From Betaproteobacteria bacterium (GTDB taxonomy: Bacteria; Pseudomonadota; Gammaproteobacteria; Burkholderiales; SG8-41), in the NCBI GenBank assembly GCA_021732605.1, contig JAKFUS010000029.1, forward strand, positions 25,300-89,299: a DNA stretch of 64,000 bases, given 5' to 3'. The notes beneath the pieces are model-generated. The model worked only from the letters and a program-made list of their open reading frames with translations, was not told the origin of the DNA and ran no database searches. Position numbers and translations under genes: made by a program. Every line of letters begins with the position of its first letter. Positions within the stretch are counted from its first letter, which is position 1. Positions 22,694 to 33,866 of this stretch are shown one piece after another.

Positions 22694-24025
22694 TCAACTG
22701 CGTAATACCTTCAGCAATGAACTGATATCCACGGTCATTTCGTTACTGGTGCTTTTCAGTTGGGCAATCTTGCGGCAGGCATGGAGTACCGTCGTGTGAT
22801 CCCTGCCGCCAAAGGCTTCACCGATGTCAGGCAGGCTCAACTGGGTCAGTTCCTTGGCCAGGGCCATCGCAACCTGTCGCGGACGCGCCACATTCCGGGT
22901 GCGTTTTTTCGAATACATCTCCGACACCTTGATCTTGTAATAGTCGGCGACTGTGCGTTGAATGTTTTCGATGCTGACCTGACGGTTCTGTGAGGCGAGT
23001 ACATCGCGCAAGGCTTCGCGCGCAAGATCCACGGTGATGGGTTGCCCGGTAAAGCGGGAATAGGCCAGCACGCGCTTGAGTGCTCCTTCCAGTTCGCGGA
23101 TATTGGACTGGATATGCTTGGCAATGAAAAAGGCCACATTTTCATCCAACGTCAAACCGTCTGCTTCCGCTTTTTTGAGCAGGATGGCGACCCGCATTTC
23201 CAGTTCGGGGGGCTCAACGGCAACAGTGAGGCCCCAGCCGAAGCGAGAAATCAGCCGGTTTTCCATGCCGGAGATTTCTTTGGGATAGGTATCGCAGGTG
23301 ATGATGACCTGTTTGTGTGCTTCAACCAGTGCGTTGAAGGCGTAGAAAAACTCTTCCTGTGTGCGATTCTTACCGCTGAAAAACTGGATGTCGTCAATCA
23401 GCAGCAGATCCAGAGAATGGTAGTAGCGTTTGAAATCATCAAACGCTTTGTGTTGGTAAGCCCTCACCACATCGGATACATACTGCTCGGCATGGATGTA
23501 ACGAATCTTGCTTTCCGGCGCATGCGCCCTGAGGTGGTTGCCGATGGCATGGATCAGATGGGTTTTGCCCAGGCCGACGCCGCCGTAGACAAACAACGGG
23601 TTGTATGCAGCTCCAGGTTTTTCCGCGACCTGACGGGCTGCGGCGCGCGCAAGGTCGTTGGCTTTGCCGGTGACGAAGGTGTCAAACGTAAAGCCGGGAT
23701 TGAGCCTGGAAACATCGCGCACCGGCGGTGCGGGTCGGGAGATCACCGGCTCCACGGCAGTTATGGACGCCGCGACAGGCCGTGCTGATTTTTCTGCAAG
23801 GATGAGTTCAACCGTAGCACTTTCACCCAGACGCTCGCGGGCAATCTTCAACATGGTTGCCTGAAAGCGGTCTTTGACCCAGCGCTGCACAAAACGATTG
23901 GGAGCCGTTACCGTCACTACAGCCCCGGTGATGGCGCATTTCAGTGGCTGTATCCAAGTGACAAACTGCTGCTGCCCGAGTTCTTTTGCGAAAAACGCGA
24001 GACAATGTTGCCAGAAATCGTTCAT
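22694..24025 (-). CDS. dnaA: Chromosomal replication initiator DnaA
   Basis: 443 aa: [22 protein letters not shown]...LLIDDIQFF...C-terminal DNA-binding domain [15 protein letters not shown]. Confidence 0.97.
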   Translation of the reverse strand: MNDFWQHCLAFFAKELGQQQFVTWIQPLKCAITGAVVTVTAPNRFVQRWVKDRFQATMLKIARERLGESATVELILAEKSARPVAASITAVEPVISRPAPPVRDVSRLNPGFTFDTFVTGKANDLARAAARQVAEKPGAAYNPLFVYGGVGLGKTHLIHAIGNHLRAHAPESKIRYIHAEQYVSDVVRAYQHKAFDDFKRYYHSLDLLLIDDIQFFSGKNRTQEEFFYAFNALVEAHKQVIITCDTYPKEISGMENRLISRFGWGLTVAVEPPELEMRVAILLKKAEADGLTLDENVAFFIAKHIQSNIRELEGALKRVLAYSRFTGQPITVDLAREALRDVLASQNRQVSIENIQRTVADYYKIKVSEMYSKKRTRNVARPRQVAMALAKELTQLSLPDIGEAFGGRDHTTVLHACRKIAQLKSTSNEMTVDISSLLKVLRS

Positions 24026-24177
24026 TCGTCCCTATCGGGTGTAGCAACGGCGTGGTTAACGAAAAAGCGCGAAAATGCGGGGGAATTGACCCCCGATTTT
24101 ACCCCTTATTGGTGGCGGCAACAAAGGCTGCGGAGGATACGGCAACCACGACGGCAGATGGTCTGCCTTCCCGAAGA

Positions 24178-24209
24178 TTGACAGGGGGAGGCCTGTCGGG
24201 GTCTAATAT
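24178..24209 (+). promoter_or_regulatory. Possible sigma70 promoter for rpmH-rnpA-yidC
   Basis: Perfect -35 TTGACA at 24178..24183. The -10 candidates are TCTAAT (24202..24207, 18-bp spacer) or TAATAT (24204..24209, 20-bp spacer), 33-40 nt upstream of the rpmH ATG. Hexamer matching only. Confidence 0.3.
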
Positions 24210-24241
24210 TGGGTTTCCCGAAGACCAATTTAGGATCGATC

Positions 24242-24376
24242 ATGAAGCGCACCTACCAACCTTCAAAAACGCGTCGTGCACGCACCCATGGCTTTCGTGT
24301 GCGCATGAAAACGCGCGGCGGTCGCGCTGTCATCCGTGCGCGCCGTGCCAAAGGCCGTGCCCGTCTCAGCGTTTGA
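24242..24376 (+). CDS. rpmH: 50S ribosomal protein L34
   Basis: Below the ORF-track size cut-off. My translation: [44 protein letters not shown]. Confidence 0.95.
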   Translation: MKRTYQPSKTRRARTHGFRVRMKTRGGRAVIRARRAKGRARLSV

Positions 24377-24747
24377 TCAATTCCGCAGTTTGCAACAAAA
24401 GCAGTAGCGCACGGTCTATTCGCCTGACCAAAGCAGCGCAGTTTGAAGCCGTTCTCGTCGGTGGACGCCGGTCAGGCAGCAAATGTTTCCTGGCGCGGGC
24501 GTTGCCCAATGCCGGAGACGGCCCGCGACTCGGATTGATCGTCGGCAAGAAGGCGGCACCCCGGTCAGTGGATCGTAACCGGGTGAAGCGCCTGATCAGA
24601 ATCGTGCATCGTGAGTTGGCGGCAGAGCTGGATGCGTTGGATGTCGTCGTACAACTCCGGGGCAGCCCCCGCAGCAGCGATAACGCGGCATTGTTCAAGG
24701 AATTGCAGGAGTTGCTGCGCGGATTGCTCGGACCGGGCAAACAATAA
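24373..24747 (+). CDS. rnpA: Ribonuclease P protein component
   Basis: C-terminal part of track ORF 23986..24747: ...[14 protein letters not shown]...[23 protein letters not shown]. No in-frame ATG is available. I propose the TTG at 24373, overlapping the rpmH stop, so the start is uncertain. Confidence 0.8.
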   Translation: MINSAVCNKSSSARSIRLTKAAQFEAVLVGGRRSGSKCFLARALPNAGDGPRLGLIVGKKAAPRSVDRNRVKRLIRIVHRELAAELDALDVVVQLRGSPRSSDNAALFKELQELLRGLLGPGKQ

Positions 24748-24777
24748 CCGTAGTGGCTCGGCTGAGAAAAAAAGCTT

Positions 24778-26451
24778 ATGGATTCGCAACGGCTGGTTCT
24801 CTTCTTTGTATTCACCATGTCGGTGTTCCTGCTGTATGAGTCCTGGCAGCGTGACCATCAACAATCGCCCGCAGCCACCGCGGCATCGGCCTCGGTAACC
24901 CCGACGCCTACACCGGGGATAACCCAGGCCCAGCCCGCTGTCGGCACAGTGCCCGCTCCCAGCGCAGCATTGATTCCGAACCCGTCAGCACCACCGGTTG
25001 CCGTTGCGGCTGATCGGGGACAGATCATCAAGGTTGAAACTGATGTTTACCGCGCGGAAATCAGCACCAGCGGCGGTGATCTGGTCCGTCTCGAACTGCT
25101 GAAGCATGGCGGCACACTGGACCGGACGAAAAACTTCCTGTTGTTTGCGCGTTCCAGTGAGCATGTTTACATGGCGCAATCGGGTCTGATCGGCAGCAAC
25201 CTGCCGAATCACCAGACAGCGTATGCCGCGCAGCGAACGGAATACAGGCTGGCGGATGCCGCTGCCGATCTTGAAATTCGGCTGGAAGCTGTCGGTGGCG
25301 CAAAAGCCGCGAAGATTTATCGTTTTCACCGCAACAGCTATGTCATTGATGTGGTGCATGAAGTAACCAATACCGGTGCAGCACCAGTGGAAGCTTTTGC
25401 CTATTTCCAGCTGGTGCGGGATTCGAAGCTGCCCGATGGGGATTCCGCAATGGTGCCGACCTATACCGGTGCTGCGGTGTATACCGAGAAGGACAAATTC
25501 CAGAAAGTCGCGTTCGGTGATATCGAGAAGGGCAAGGTTCCCTATCCCAAGAACGGTAACGACGGCTGGATCGGCATGCTCCAACACTATTTCCTCAGCG
25601 CATGGCTGCCGAAGCAGGGCGCGCCGCGAGAGTTCTACACCCGCCAGATACCCCAGGGACTGTACGCGGCCGGTGTCATTATTCCGGCCGGCACGCTCGC
25701 GGCGGGCGCCAGCACGACGCTGGCGATGCCGCTGTATGCCGGTCCGCAGGAGCAGGAAAAGCTTGCAGCCCTGGCGCCAGGGCTGGATCTGGCGGTCGAT
25801 TACGGCTGGCTGACCGTCATTGCAGCCCCTCTGTTCTGGGTGCTGCAGTGGATCCATGGCTGGACCGGCAACTGGGGCGTGGCCATTATCATCCTGACCA
25901 TTTTCATCAAGCTCGCGTTCTACCCTCTGTCGGAGGCGAGTTACCGTTCGATGGCCAAGATGCGCATCGTGGCGCCGAAATTGCAACGCTTGAAGGATCA
26001 GTACGGCAACGACCGGCAGCGCATGCAGCAGGCGATGATGGAGTTGTACAAGACCGAGAAAATCAATCCGCTCGGCGGCTGTCTGCCGATCGTGGTGCAG
26101 ATTCCCGTATTCATCGCCTTGTACTGGGTGCTGCTCGGCAGCGTTGAAATGCGCCAGGCACCGTTTGCGCTGTGGATCAAGGATCTGTCCGTCGCTGATC
26201 CGTTTTACATCCTGCCCATCCTGATGGGCGCGACCATGATCATCCAGACCCGGCTCAATCCGGAACCGCCGGATCCGGTGCAGGCCAAGATCATGAAAAT
26301 CATGCCGGTGGCATTCAGCATTTTCTTCTTCTTCTTCCCTGCGGGGCTGGTGCTCTACTGGCTGGTCAACAACGTTCTTTCGATCGCGCAGCAATGGCAT
26401 ATCACCCGGGCCATGGAGCTCGCGACAAAGCAGGTCAAGCCGAAGGCCTGA
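24778..26451 (+). CDS. yidC: Membrane protein insertase YidC
   Basis: 557 aa: ...GWLTVIAAPLFWVLQWIH...NWGVAIIILTIFIKLAFYPLS...GCLPIVVQIPVFIALY. Confidence 0.96.
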   Translation: MDSQRLVLFFVFTMSVFLLYESWQRDHQQSPAATAASASVTPTPTPGITQAQPAVGTVPAPSAALIPNPSAPPVAVAADRGQIIKVETDVYRAEISTSGGDLVRLELLKHGGTLDRTKNFLLFARSSEHVYMAQSGLIGSNLPNHQTAYAAQRTEYRLADAAADLEIRLEAVGGAKAAKIYRFHRNSYVIDVVHEVTNTGAAPVEAFAYFQLVRDSKLPDGDSAMVPTYTGAAVYTEKDKFQKVAFGDIEKGKVPYPKNGNDGWIGMLQHYFLSAWLPKQGAPREFYTRQIPQGLYAAGVIIPAGTLAAGASTTLAMPLYAGPQEQEKLAALAPGLDLAVDYGWLTVIAAPLFWVLQWIHGWTGNWGVAIIILTIFIKLAFYPLSEASYRSMAKMRIVAPKLQRLKDQYGNDRQRMQQAMMELYKTEKINPLGGCLPIVVQIPVFIALYWVLLGSVEMRQAPFALWIKDLSVADPFYILPILMGATMIIQTRLNPEPPDPVQAKIMKIMPVAFSIFFFFFPAGLVLYWLVNNVLSIAQQWHITRAMELATKQVKPKA

Positions 26452-26488
26452 GCGTAGGCATCCCGATGCGGCGCTATACTCGCCGCGC

Positions 26489-27829
26489 ATGATTCATCGC
26501 GACATCATTGCGGCAATTGCCACCGCACCGGGGCGTGGCGGTATCGGCGTCATCCGCATTTCAGGATCGCAACTCGCGCGCTTCGCCGCGGGACTGACGC
26601 CACGCGCACCCGAGCCGCGGCATGCACTGCTCACGACCTTCCTTGACGCGGCAAACCAGCCGCTCGACCATGGCCTGCTGTTGTTTTTTGCCGCGCCACA
26701 TTCCTACACCGGTGAAGACGTGCTCGAGTTGCAGGGTCACGGCGGTCCGGTTGTGATGCGGCAACTGCTGCAGCGCTGTCTGGAGCTGGGTGCACGGCTG
26801 GCGCGACCGGGGGAATTCACCGAACGCGCTTATTTGAACGGGCGCATGGATCTGGCCCAGGCCGAGGGTGTTGCTGATCTGATCGAGGCTTCAACCGCAT
26901 TGGCGGCCCGCGCTGCCTTGCGCTCTCTGCAGGGAGACTTTTCTGAATTAATTCAGATACTTACAAATAAAATCGTCGCCTTGCGCACTTTACTGGAAGC
27001 GACGCTGGATTTTCCCGAAGAAGAAGTGGAGTTCCTGACGGCTGGCCGCGCACAGCAACAGCTTTCCGCGGTTCGCGAACAACTGGATGCGACGCTTGCG
27101 GCGACGCGCCAGGGCAGCCTGTTGCGCGAGGGCATACAAGTGGTGCTGATCGGTGAACCCAATGTCGGCAAATCGAGCCTGTTGAATCGTCTGGCCGGTG
27201 AAGAGGTGGCCATCGTCACCGAAGTCCCGGGCACGACCCGGGATGCTGTGCGCGAGCAGATCGACATCGACGGTCTGCCAGTACACATCATTGATACCGC
27301 CGGTTTGCGTGAAACCACGGATGCTGTGGAGCGCATCGGTATCAGCCGCACCTGGGCGATGATTGAAAAGGCCGATCTGGCGCTGCTGGTGTCCGATGTC
27401 GGGCGGGAGAATGACAGCGCCAACAATGCAATCATCGACCGCCTGCCGGCTGGCCTGGCGCGAATCCGGGTGATGAATAAAATCGACATGGCCCAGCGCA
27501 AAGCGGCCCGCGAGCAGATCGGGACTGAAGGGCGCGTCTGGGTTTCTGCAAAAACTGGCGAAGGTCTGGAATTGCTGAAACAGGCGATTTGGGATCAGGC
27601 CGGCTGGCATCCCTGCGGGGAGGGGGTATTTACGGCCAGGACACGCCATATCGAAGCCTTGCAGGCGGCACAGCGTCATCTGTCTGCCGCCGCAGGGGTG
27701 ACTGGCCGCCTCGAGCTGTATGCCGAAGAATTGCGGCTGGCGCACGAGGCGTTGAGCGGTATTACCGGGGAATACACCCCGGATGACCTGCTAGGCGAAA
27801 TCTTCTCGAAATTCTGTATCGGCAAGTAA
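26489..27829 (+). CDS. mnmE: tRNA modification GTPase MnmE
   Basis: 446 aa: DIIAAIATAPGRGGIGVIRISG...GEPNVGKSSLLN...C-terminal CIGK. Confidence 0.96.
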   Translation: MIHRDIIAAIATAPGRGGIGVIRISGSQLARFAAGLTPRAPEPRHALLTTFLDAANQPLDHGLLLFFAAPHSYTGEDVLELQGHGGPVVMRQLLQRCLELGARLARPGEFTERAYLNGRMDLAQAEGVADLIEASTALAARAALRSLQGDFSELIQILTNKIVALRTLLEATLDFPEEEVEFLTAGRAQQQLSAVREQLDATLAATRQGSLLREGIQVVLIGEPNVGKSSLLNRLAGEEVAIVTEVPGTTRDAVREQIDIDGLPVHIIDTAGLRETTDAVERIGISRTWAMIEKADLALLVSDVGRENDSANNAIIDRLPAGLARIRVMNKIDMAQRKAAREQIGTEGRVWVSAKTGEGLELLKQAIWDQAGWHPCGEGVFTARTRHIEALQAAQRHLSAAAGVTGRLELYAEELRLAHEALSGITGEYTPDDLLGEIFSKFCIGK

Positions 27830-27839
27830 ACCTCCCGGT

Positions 27840-27855
27840 GGTTTCACGTGGAACA
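27840..27855. promoter_or_regulatory. parS: parS centromere-like site 1
   Basis: GGTTTCACGTGGAACA, reverse complement TGTTCCACGTGAAACC. This is 15/16 to the canonical parS TGTTNCACGTGAAACA. Confidence 0.8.
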
Positions 27856-27885
27856 AACCGGGGCAGCTAATCACTGTTTTGTCGT

Positions 27886-27901
27886 CGTTTCACGTGAAAC
27901 A
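27886..27901. promoter_or_regulatory. parS: parS centromere-like site 2
   Basis: CGTTTCACGTGAAACA is 15/16 to parS. The inner 14 bp, GTTTCACGTGAAAC, is a perfect palindrome. It lies 46 bp from site 1. Confidence 0.82.
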
Positions 27902-28003
27902 TTCCATTCCCGCCGGGCCGCGCCTTTCGCTGCATGGCAAAATTACGCTATCATGCGCGCCCGACCTTGGAGTCGCCCAAGGTTCTCCGGCAGGCCGCGC
28001 AAA

Positions 28004-29899
28004 ATGACGCAATACCCTGAAAAATTTGATGTAATTGTCATTGGCGGTGGCCATGCTGGTGCCGAAGCCGCGCTGGCCAGCGCGCGCATGGGCTGTCGTA
28101 CGCTGCTGTTGACGCACAGCATCGAAACGCTGGGTCAGATGTCCTGCAATCCGTCTATCGGGGGTATCGGCAAGGGCCATCTGGTCAAGGAGGTCGATGC
28201 GCTGGGCGGGGCCATGGCAGCCGCGACTGACGAAGCCGGCATCCAGTTCCGCATCCTTAACTCACGCAAAGGCCCTGCCGTACGGGCCACCCGGGCCCAG
28301 GCCGACCGCGTACTGTACCGCCGGACCATCCGCGGCCGCATCGAGCAACAGGCCAATCTGCAGGTATTCCAGCAAGCCGTCGACGATCTGGTGGTGCAGG
28401 GCGATCGCGTGACTGGCGTGGTGACGCAGATCGGCCTTCGTTTCGAAGCGCGCAGCGTGGTGCTGACCGCAGGTACTTTTTTGTCCGGCCTGATCCATGT
28501 CGGACTCGAGCATTATCAGGGTGGTCGTGCCGGCGATCCGCCATCGGTCAGTCTGGCTGCACGGCTGCGCGAATTGAAACTGCCGGTGGGCCGTTTGAAA
28601 ACCGGCACGCCGCCGCGCATTGACGGACGCAGCATCGATTTTGCGCAACTGACCGAACAACCGGGGGACGATCCGGCACCGGTGTTTTCTTTCCTCGGTC
28701 GACGCGAGCAGCATCCGGCGCAGATGTCGTGCTGGATCACCCACACCAATGAGCGCACACACGATGCCATCCGCAGCGGACTCGATCGCTCGCCGATGTT
28801 CACCGGCGTCATCGAAGGTGTCGGGCCGCGCTACTGTCCATCGATCGAAGACAAGATCCATCGTTTCGCCGACAAATCATCGCACCAGATTTTCCTCGAG
28901 CCCGAAGGCCTGACGGTCTCCGAGTATTATCCCAACGGCATATCAACCAGTTTGCCGTTCGACGTGCAGCTCGCGGTCGTGCGCTCGATCCAGGGACTGG
29001 AACATGCGCACATCACGCGACCGGGTTATGCCATCGAGTACGATTATTTCGATCCCATCGGACTGAAAGCTTCACTGGAAACCAAGGCCATCGCCGGATT
29101 GTTTTTCGCCGGCCAGATCAACGGCACCACGGGTTATGAAGAAGCCGCGGCGCAGGGTTTGCTGGCGGGGATCAACGCAGCATTGCAGGTCAGTGGAAAA
29201 GCAGCCTGGTCGCCGACGCGTGATCAGGCCTATCTGGGTGTGCTGGTTGACGACCTGATCACCCGTGGCGTGTCCGAGCCCTACCGCATGTTCACCAGCC
29301 GTGCCGAATATCGCTTGTCCCTGCGCGAAGACAATGCCGATCTGCGTCTGACGGAAACGGGACGACGTCTGGGTGTGGTGGATGACCTGCGCTGGGAAGC
29401 GTTTGCGCGCAAACGCGATGCGATTGCACTGGAGCAGGAACGGCTGAAATCGGTGTGGGTGAATCCGCAAATTTTGTCCGCGGATCAGGCGACGCAATTG
29501 CTCGGGAAACCGCTGGAACGTGAGCATTCACTTGCCGATCTGTTGCGGCGGCCGGAGCTGTCTTACCCCGCGCTGATGACCCTGCCGGGCGCGGGTCCTG
29601 GTGTTGCCGATGTGCAGGTCGCCGAGCAGGTGGAAATTCAGGCCAAGTATCAGGGTTACATCGAACGCCAGAAAACAGAAATCGAACATCGCGCACAGCA
29701 GGATGATCTGCGCTTGCCGGCAGATCTCGATTACACGCAGGTGCGCAGCCTGTCGATTGAAGTCCAGCAAAAACTCAATCGCGCGAAACCCGAAACCATT
29801 GGTCAGGCTTCGCGTATTTCCGGCGTCACACCCGCAGCGATTTCGGTGCTGTTGGTGCATCTGAAACACGCGCACGGCGCATTGCAGAAAAGCGCATGA
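28004..29899 (+). CDS. mnmG: tRNA uridine 5-carboxymethylaminomethyl modification enzyme MnmG (GidA)
   Basis: The track ORF 27848..29899 was trimmed to the ATG at 28004 ([23 protein letters not shown]). The discarded extension covers the parS sites. Confidence 0.95.
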   Translation: MTQYPEKFDVIVIGGGHAGAEAALASARMGCRTLLLTHSIETLGQMSCNPSIGGIGKGHLVKEVDALGGAMAAATDEAGIQFRILNSRKGPAVRATRAQADRVLYRRTIRGRIEQQANLQVFQQAVDDLVVQGDRVTGVVTQIGLRFEARSVVLTAGTFLSGLIHVGLEHYQGGRAGDPPSVSLAARLRELKLPVGRLKTGTPPRIDGRSIDFAQLTEQPGDDPAPVFSFLGRREQHPAQMSCWITHTNERTHDAIRSGLDRSPMFTGVIEGVGPRYCPSIEDKIHRFADKSSHQIFLEPEGLTVSEYYPNGISTSLPFDVQLAVVRSIQGLEHAHITRPGYAIEYDYFDPIGLKASLETKAIAGLFFAGQINGTTGYEEAAAQGLLAGINAALQVSGKAAWSPTRDQAYLGVLVDDLITRGVSEPYRMFTSRAEYRLSLREDNADLRLTETGRRLGVVDDLRWEAFARKRDAIALEQERLKSVWVNPQILSADQATQLLGKPLEREHSLADLLRRPELSYPALMTLPGAGPGVADVQVAEQVEIQAKYQGYIERQKTEIEHRAQQDDLRLPADLDYTQVRSLSIEVQQKLNRAKPETIGQASRISGVTPAAISVLLVHLKHAHGALQKSA

Positions 29900-30519
29900 G
29901 TCTCGCTGGTGAACTGGCCGCAGGCATCACAGCACTGAAACTGGATGTCGCGCCGGAGGCGCAGCAGCGCATGCTCGATTATCTGGCGCTGGTCGAAAAA
30001 TGGAACAAGGCCTACAACCTCACTGCCGTGCGTGAGCCCGCGAAAATGCTCACCCACCATCTGCTCGATTCGCTGTCGGTGTTGCCGCATGTGCGCGGAC
30101 CGCGGGTGCTCGATGTCGGCAGCGGTGCAGGCTTGCCCGGTATTCCGCTGGCACTGGCCTGCCCGCAATGGCAATTCACGCTGCTCGATTCGAATCATAA
30201 AAAAACCACTTTCCTGCGCCAGGCGGCGATTGAGCTCAAATTGAACAATGTCGATGTGGTTTGTGATCGTGTCGAAAGCTGGGCATCACCGCAGCCTTTT
30301 GACACCGTAGTATCGCGTGCCTTTTCGGATCTGCCTGAATTCCTGACGCTGGCAGGAAAGTTATGCGCCAAAACTGGCGTGGTGGTCGCAATGAAAGGTG
30401 TTTATCCGCATGAAGAGCTGCTGCAGGTGCCCAAGGATTTCCAGTTGCGCAACGTGGTGTCGCTGAACGTGCCGGGTCTGGGCGCGGAGCGTCATGCCGC
30501 AGTCCTGCAGCCGGCGTAA
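29896..30519 (+). CDS. rsmG: 16S rRNA (guanine527-N7)-methyltransferase RsmG (GidB)
   Basis: 207 aa: ...[16 protein letters not shown]... ATGA overlap with the mnmG stop. Confidence 0.93.
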   Translation: MSLAGELAAGITALKLDVAPEAQQRMLDYLALVEKWNKAYNLTAVREPAKMLTHHLLDSLSVLPHVRGPRVLDVGSGAGLPGIPLALACPQWQFTLLDSNHKKTTFLRQAAIELKLNNVDVVCDRVESWASPQPFDTVVSRAFSDLPEFLTLAGKLCAKTGVVVAMKGVYPHEELLQVPKDFQLRNVVSLNVPGLGAERHAAVLQPA

Positions 30520-30524
30520 CCATC

Positions 30525-31307
30525 ATGACCAAACCCATGACCCGCATCATCGCCATCACCAATCAGAAAGGTGGTGTCGGTAAAACCACCACCGGCGTCA
30601 ATCTGGCAGCAAGTTTGGCGGCGACACATCGCCGCGTGCTGCTGGTCGACCTCGATCCGCAGGGCAACGCGACCATGGGCAGCGGCATCGACAAACGCAG
30701 TTTGTCGATGACCGTGTATCACGTGCTGCTGGGTGAAAAACAGATTACCGAAGTGCGCTTGCGCGCGGCAGCTGGTTACGATGTGCTGCCGTCGAATCGC
30801 GATTTGGCCGGTGCCGAAGTCGAACTGGTCGACATCGACCATCGTGAAACGCGATTGAAGGAAGCATTACAAACGGTCGCTGCCGATTACGATTTCATCC
30901 TCATTGATTGTCCGCCGGCGCTGAACCTGCTGACGGTGAATGGCTTGACCGCAGCGCAGGCGGTGATGATTCCGATGCAGTGCGAGTACTACGCGCTGGA
31001 AGGTTTGTCGGATCTGGTCAGTACCATCAAGCGTGTGCGCGAGCACCTCAATCCCGATCTCGAAATCGAAGGCCTGCTGCGCACCATGTACGACCCGCGC
31101 AACATGCTGGCGCAACAGGTGTCTGCGCAGCTGATGCAGCACTTCGGCGACAAGGTGTATCGCACGGTGATTCCGCGCAATGTGCGTCTGGCGGAAGCGC
31201 CCAGCCATGGTTTGCCGGCGCTGGAGTTTGATCGCGCCTCCAAAGGCGCGCAGGCTTACTTGGCGCTGGCCGGCGAAATGTTGAACCGCAGCGCCAAAGT
31301 TACATAA
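30525..31307 (+). CDS. parA: Chromosome partitioning ATPase ParA (Soj)
   Basis: 260 aa with the deviant Walker A: IAITNQKGGVGKTTT. Confidence 0.95.
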   Translation: MTKPMTRIIAITNQKGGVGKTTTGVNLAASLAATHRRVLLVDLDPQGNATMGSGIDKRSLSMTVYHVLLGEKQITEVRLRAAAGYDVLPSNRDLAGAEVELVDIDHRETRLKEALQTVAADYDFILIDCPPALNLLTVNGLTAAQAVMIPMQCEYYALEGLSDLVSTIKRVREHLNPDLEIEGLLRTMYDPRNMLAQQVSAQLMQHFGDKVYRTVIPRNVRLAEAPSHGLPALEFDRASKGAQAYLALAGEMLNRSAKVT

Positions 31308-31325
31308 ATAAGCCACTCAAATAAT

Positions 31326-31344
31326 ATATAAGTATTTGATTTTA
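31326..31344 (-). repeat. AT-rich motif copy 1 (TAAAATCAAATACTTATAT on the minus strand) in the parA-parB spacer
   Basis: The plus strand reads ATATAAGTATTTGATTTTA. It is identical over 19 nt to the reverse complement of 49415..49433. It contains the IHF core consensus WATCAR-N4-TTR (AATCAAatacTTA). Confidence 0.6.
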
Positions 31345-31354
31345 AAGGATTATT

Positions 31355-32221
31355 ATGGTTAAGCCCAAAGGTTTGGGACGCGGCCTCGATGCCCTGCTTG
31401 GCGGCGATACCGCGCCGTCGCGCAGCAGCAGCGCTGACGCGGTGACCACACTGCCGATTGCTGCACTGCAGCCGGGCAAATACCAGCCGCGCTCGCGCAT
31501 GGATCAGGAAGCGCTGAATGCGCTGGCCGCGTCGATCAAAGCCCAGGGCATCATGCAACCGATCCTGGTGCGGCCGGTGGGTGGCGGCAACCATGAAATC
31601 ATCGCCGGTGAACGACGCTGGCGCGCAGCGCGCATCGCCGGGCTGAGCAGCGTGCCGGTGCTGGTGCGCGATGTGCCCGATCAGCAGGCACTGGCGGTGG
31701 CGCTGATCGAAAACATCCAGCGCGAAGACCTCAATGCACTGGAAGAAGCCACCGGCATCGAGCGCCTGATCAACGAATTTTCACTGACCCACCAGGCGGT
31801 GGCTGATGCCATCGGCAAATCGCGGGCTGCCGTGACCAATCTGCTGCGCCTGCTGGAACTGGCGCCGCCGGTTAAAACGCTGCTGGGCGCAGGCCGCATC
31901 GAAATGGGCCATGCCCGCGCCCTGCTGGCCTTGCCGGCCGTGCGCCAGGTCGAACTGGCCAACGAAGCTGCCGCCAAAGGGCTGTCGGTGCGCGAAGTCG
32001 AGCAGCGCGTCGCCGCCCTGCTGACGAGTCGCAGCGGAACCCGCAGCCGCCCGGCCGCAGATCGTGATGTGTTGCGGCTGCAGGAAACCCTGGCCGAGAA
32101 ACTCGGGACCCGGGTACAGATCAAGGCCAAACGCAAGGGCAAGGGCAGCCTGGTCATTGATTACGGCAGTCTCGACCAGTTGGACGGGCTGATTTCCCGC
32201 TTGACCCGTGAAAGCCGTTAA
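31355..32221 (+). CDS. parB: Chromosome partitioning protein ParB (Spo0J)
   Basis: 288 aa: ...QPILVRPV...YEIIAGERRWRAA...ALIENIQREDLNALEEA. Confidence 0.95.
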   Translation: MVKPKGLGRGLDALLGGDTAPSRSSSADAVTTLPIAALQPGKYQPRSRMDQEALNALAASIKAQGIMQPILVRPVGGGNHEIIAGERRWRAARIAGLSSVPVLVRDVPDQQALAVALIENIQREDLNALEEATGIERLINEFSLTHQAVADAIGKSRAAVTNLLRLLELAPPVKTLLGAGRIEMGHARALLALPAVRQVELANEAAAKGLSVREVEQRVAALLTSRSGTRSRPAADRDVLRLQETLAEKLGTRVQIKAKRKGKGSLVIDYGSLDQLDGLISRLTRESR

Positions 32222-32240
32222 TGGTGCGGCGCAGAATGGT

Positions 32241-32270
32241 TTGACGCGGTAGCGGCCTAACCATTAAAAT
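32241..32270 (+). promoter_or_regulatory. Possible sigma70 promoter of the atp operon
   Basis: -35 TTGACG at 32241..32246, 18-bp spacer, -10 TAAAAT at 32265..32270. It overlaps an AATGGTT/AACCATT inverted repeat, so the assignment is tentative. Confidence 0.3.
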
Positions 32271-32295
32271 TCCACGGTTTGCAGGGGCCGTCCGG

Positions 32296-32664
32296 GTGTT
32301 AGTACGCATCGACAGCAAGCCCATGCGCACCGCAATGCGCTGGCAGATTTACGCCACCGCAGGTCTGGGGTTGCTGGCAGGGCTTTTTATCGGCGTGCAT
32401 GGCGCGGTTTCTGCGGTGCTGGGAGGCATCATCAACCAGATCGCGGATTTGGCTTATGCGATGCTGGTTTCCGGTAGCAGGGTCAGGACGGCGGGCAATA
32501 CCTTGCGCGCACTGTTCCGGGCCGAAGCCGCCCGTATCATTTTGATCGTGTTACAGATGGGATGGGTGTTGACGACCTACAAAGAGGTCGTGCATCCGGT
32601 GTTTTTCATAACGTTCGCCGTTTCGGTCGTGGTTTTCCGGATGGCGATCCTGGTCAAAGAATAA
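32296..32664 (+). CDS. atpI: ATP synthase protein I (AtpI-like small membrane protein)
   Basis: 122 aa and hydrophobic, sitting directly upstream of atpB. The start is a GTG at 32296. The ATG at 32323 is an alternative. Confidence 0.65.
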   Translation: MLVRIDSKPMRTAMRWQIYATAGLGLLAGLFIGVHGAVSAVLGGIINQIADLAYAMLVSGSRVRTAGNTLRALFRAEAARIILIVLQMGWVLTTYKEVVHPVFFITFAVSVVVFRMAILVKE

Positions 32665-32687
32665 ACAAGGTTCAGGGACAAGCAGAG

Positions 32688-33810
<1,123 letters not shown>

Positions 33811-33866
33811 TGAACTAAGTAAACAAGGTAAAGCTTGTTACGAACCGCTGTCCGTAGGGGAAAGTC

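Noticed and set aside
24026-24241. The classic rpmH-dnaA spacer as oriC
   Set aside because: It is not AT-rich by eye and holds only one weak (7/9) DnaA-box-like word, CGTGGTTAA. It mainly looks like divergent promoters for dnaA and rpmH.
24748-24777. Expected yidD gene between rnpA and yidC
   Set aside because: The gap is only 30 bp. No overlapping frame shows the YidD motif (the track ORF 24611..24898 lacks it). The gene is either absent here or encoded elsewhere. I cannot evaluate this further from one window.
24985-26490. 501-aa minus-strand ORF opposite yidC. Similar long antisense ORFs: 60534..62000 opposite pilQ, 11484..12767 opposite rsmB/fmt, 4083..5282 opposite gap/tkt, 46615..47766 opposite argS/priA, 21041..22195 opposite gyrB/dnaN, 52653..53558 opposite gltB
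   Set aside because: All are nested in genes with unmistakable conserved motifs on the other strand. All are rich in Arg, Gly, Ala, His, Gln and Asp, as expected from reverse-frame translation of GC-rich codons. None has an SD or recognisable domains. I treat them as non-coding.
27935-27954. Sigma54-like element TGGCA-N7-CGCT upstream of mnmG
   Set aside because: The GG/GC spacing is right, but the -12 element is poor (CGCT against TTGCW). A sigma70 -10-like TATCAT overlaps it, and mnmG is a housekeeping gene. It is probably coincidence.
27848-28003. N-terminal 52-codon extension of the mnmG ORF
   Set aside because: The extension covers the two parS sites and a promoter-like region. The conserved MnmG N-terminus ([12 protein letters not shown]) begins right after the ATG at 28004.
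32562-32687. N-terminal extension of the atpB ORF overlapping atpI
   Set aside because: It overlaps the atpI coding frame. The conserved subunit a sequence starts at the ATG at 32688.
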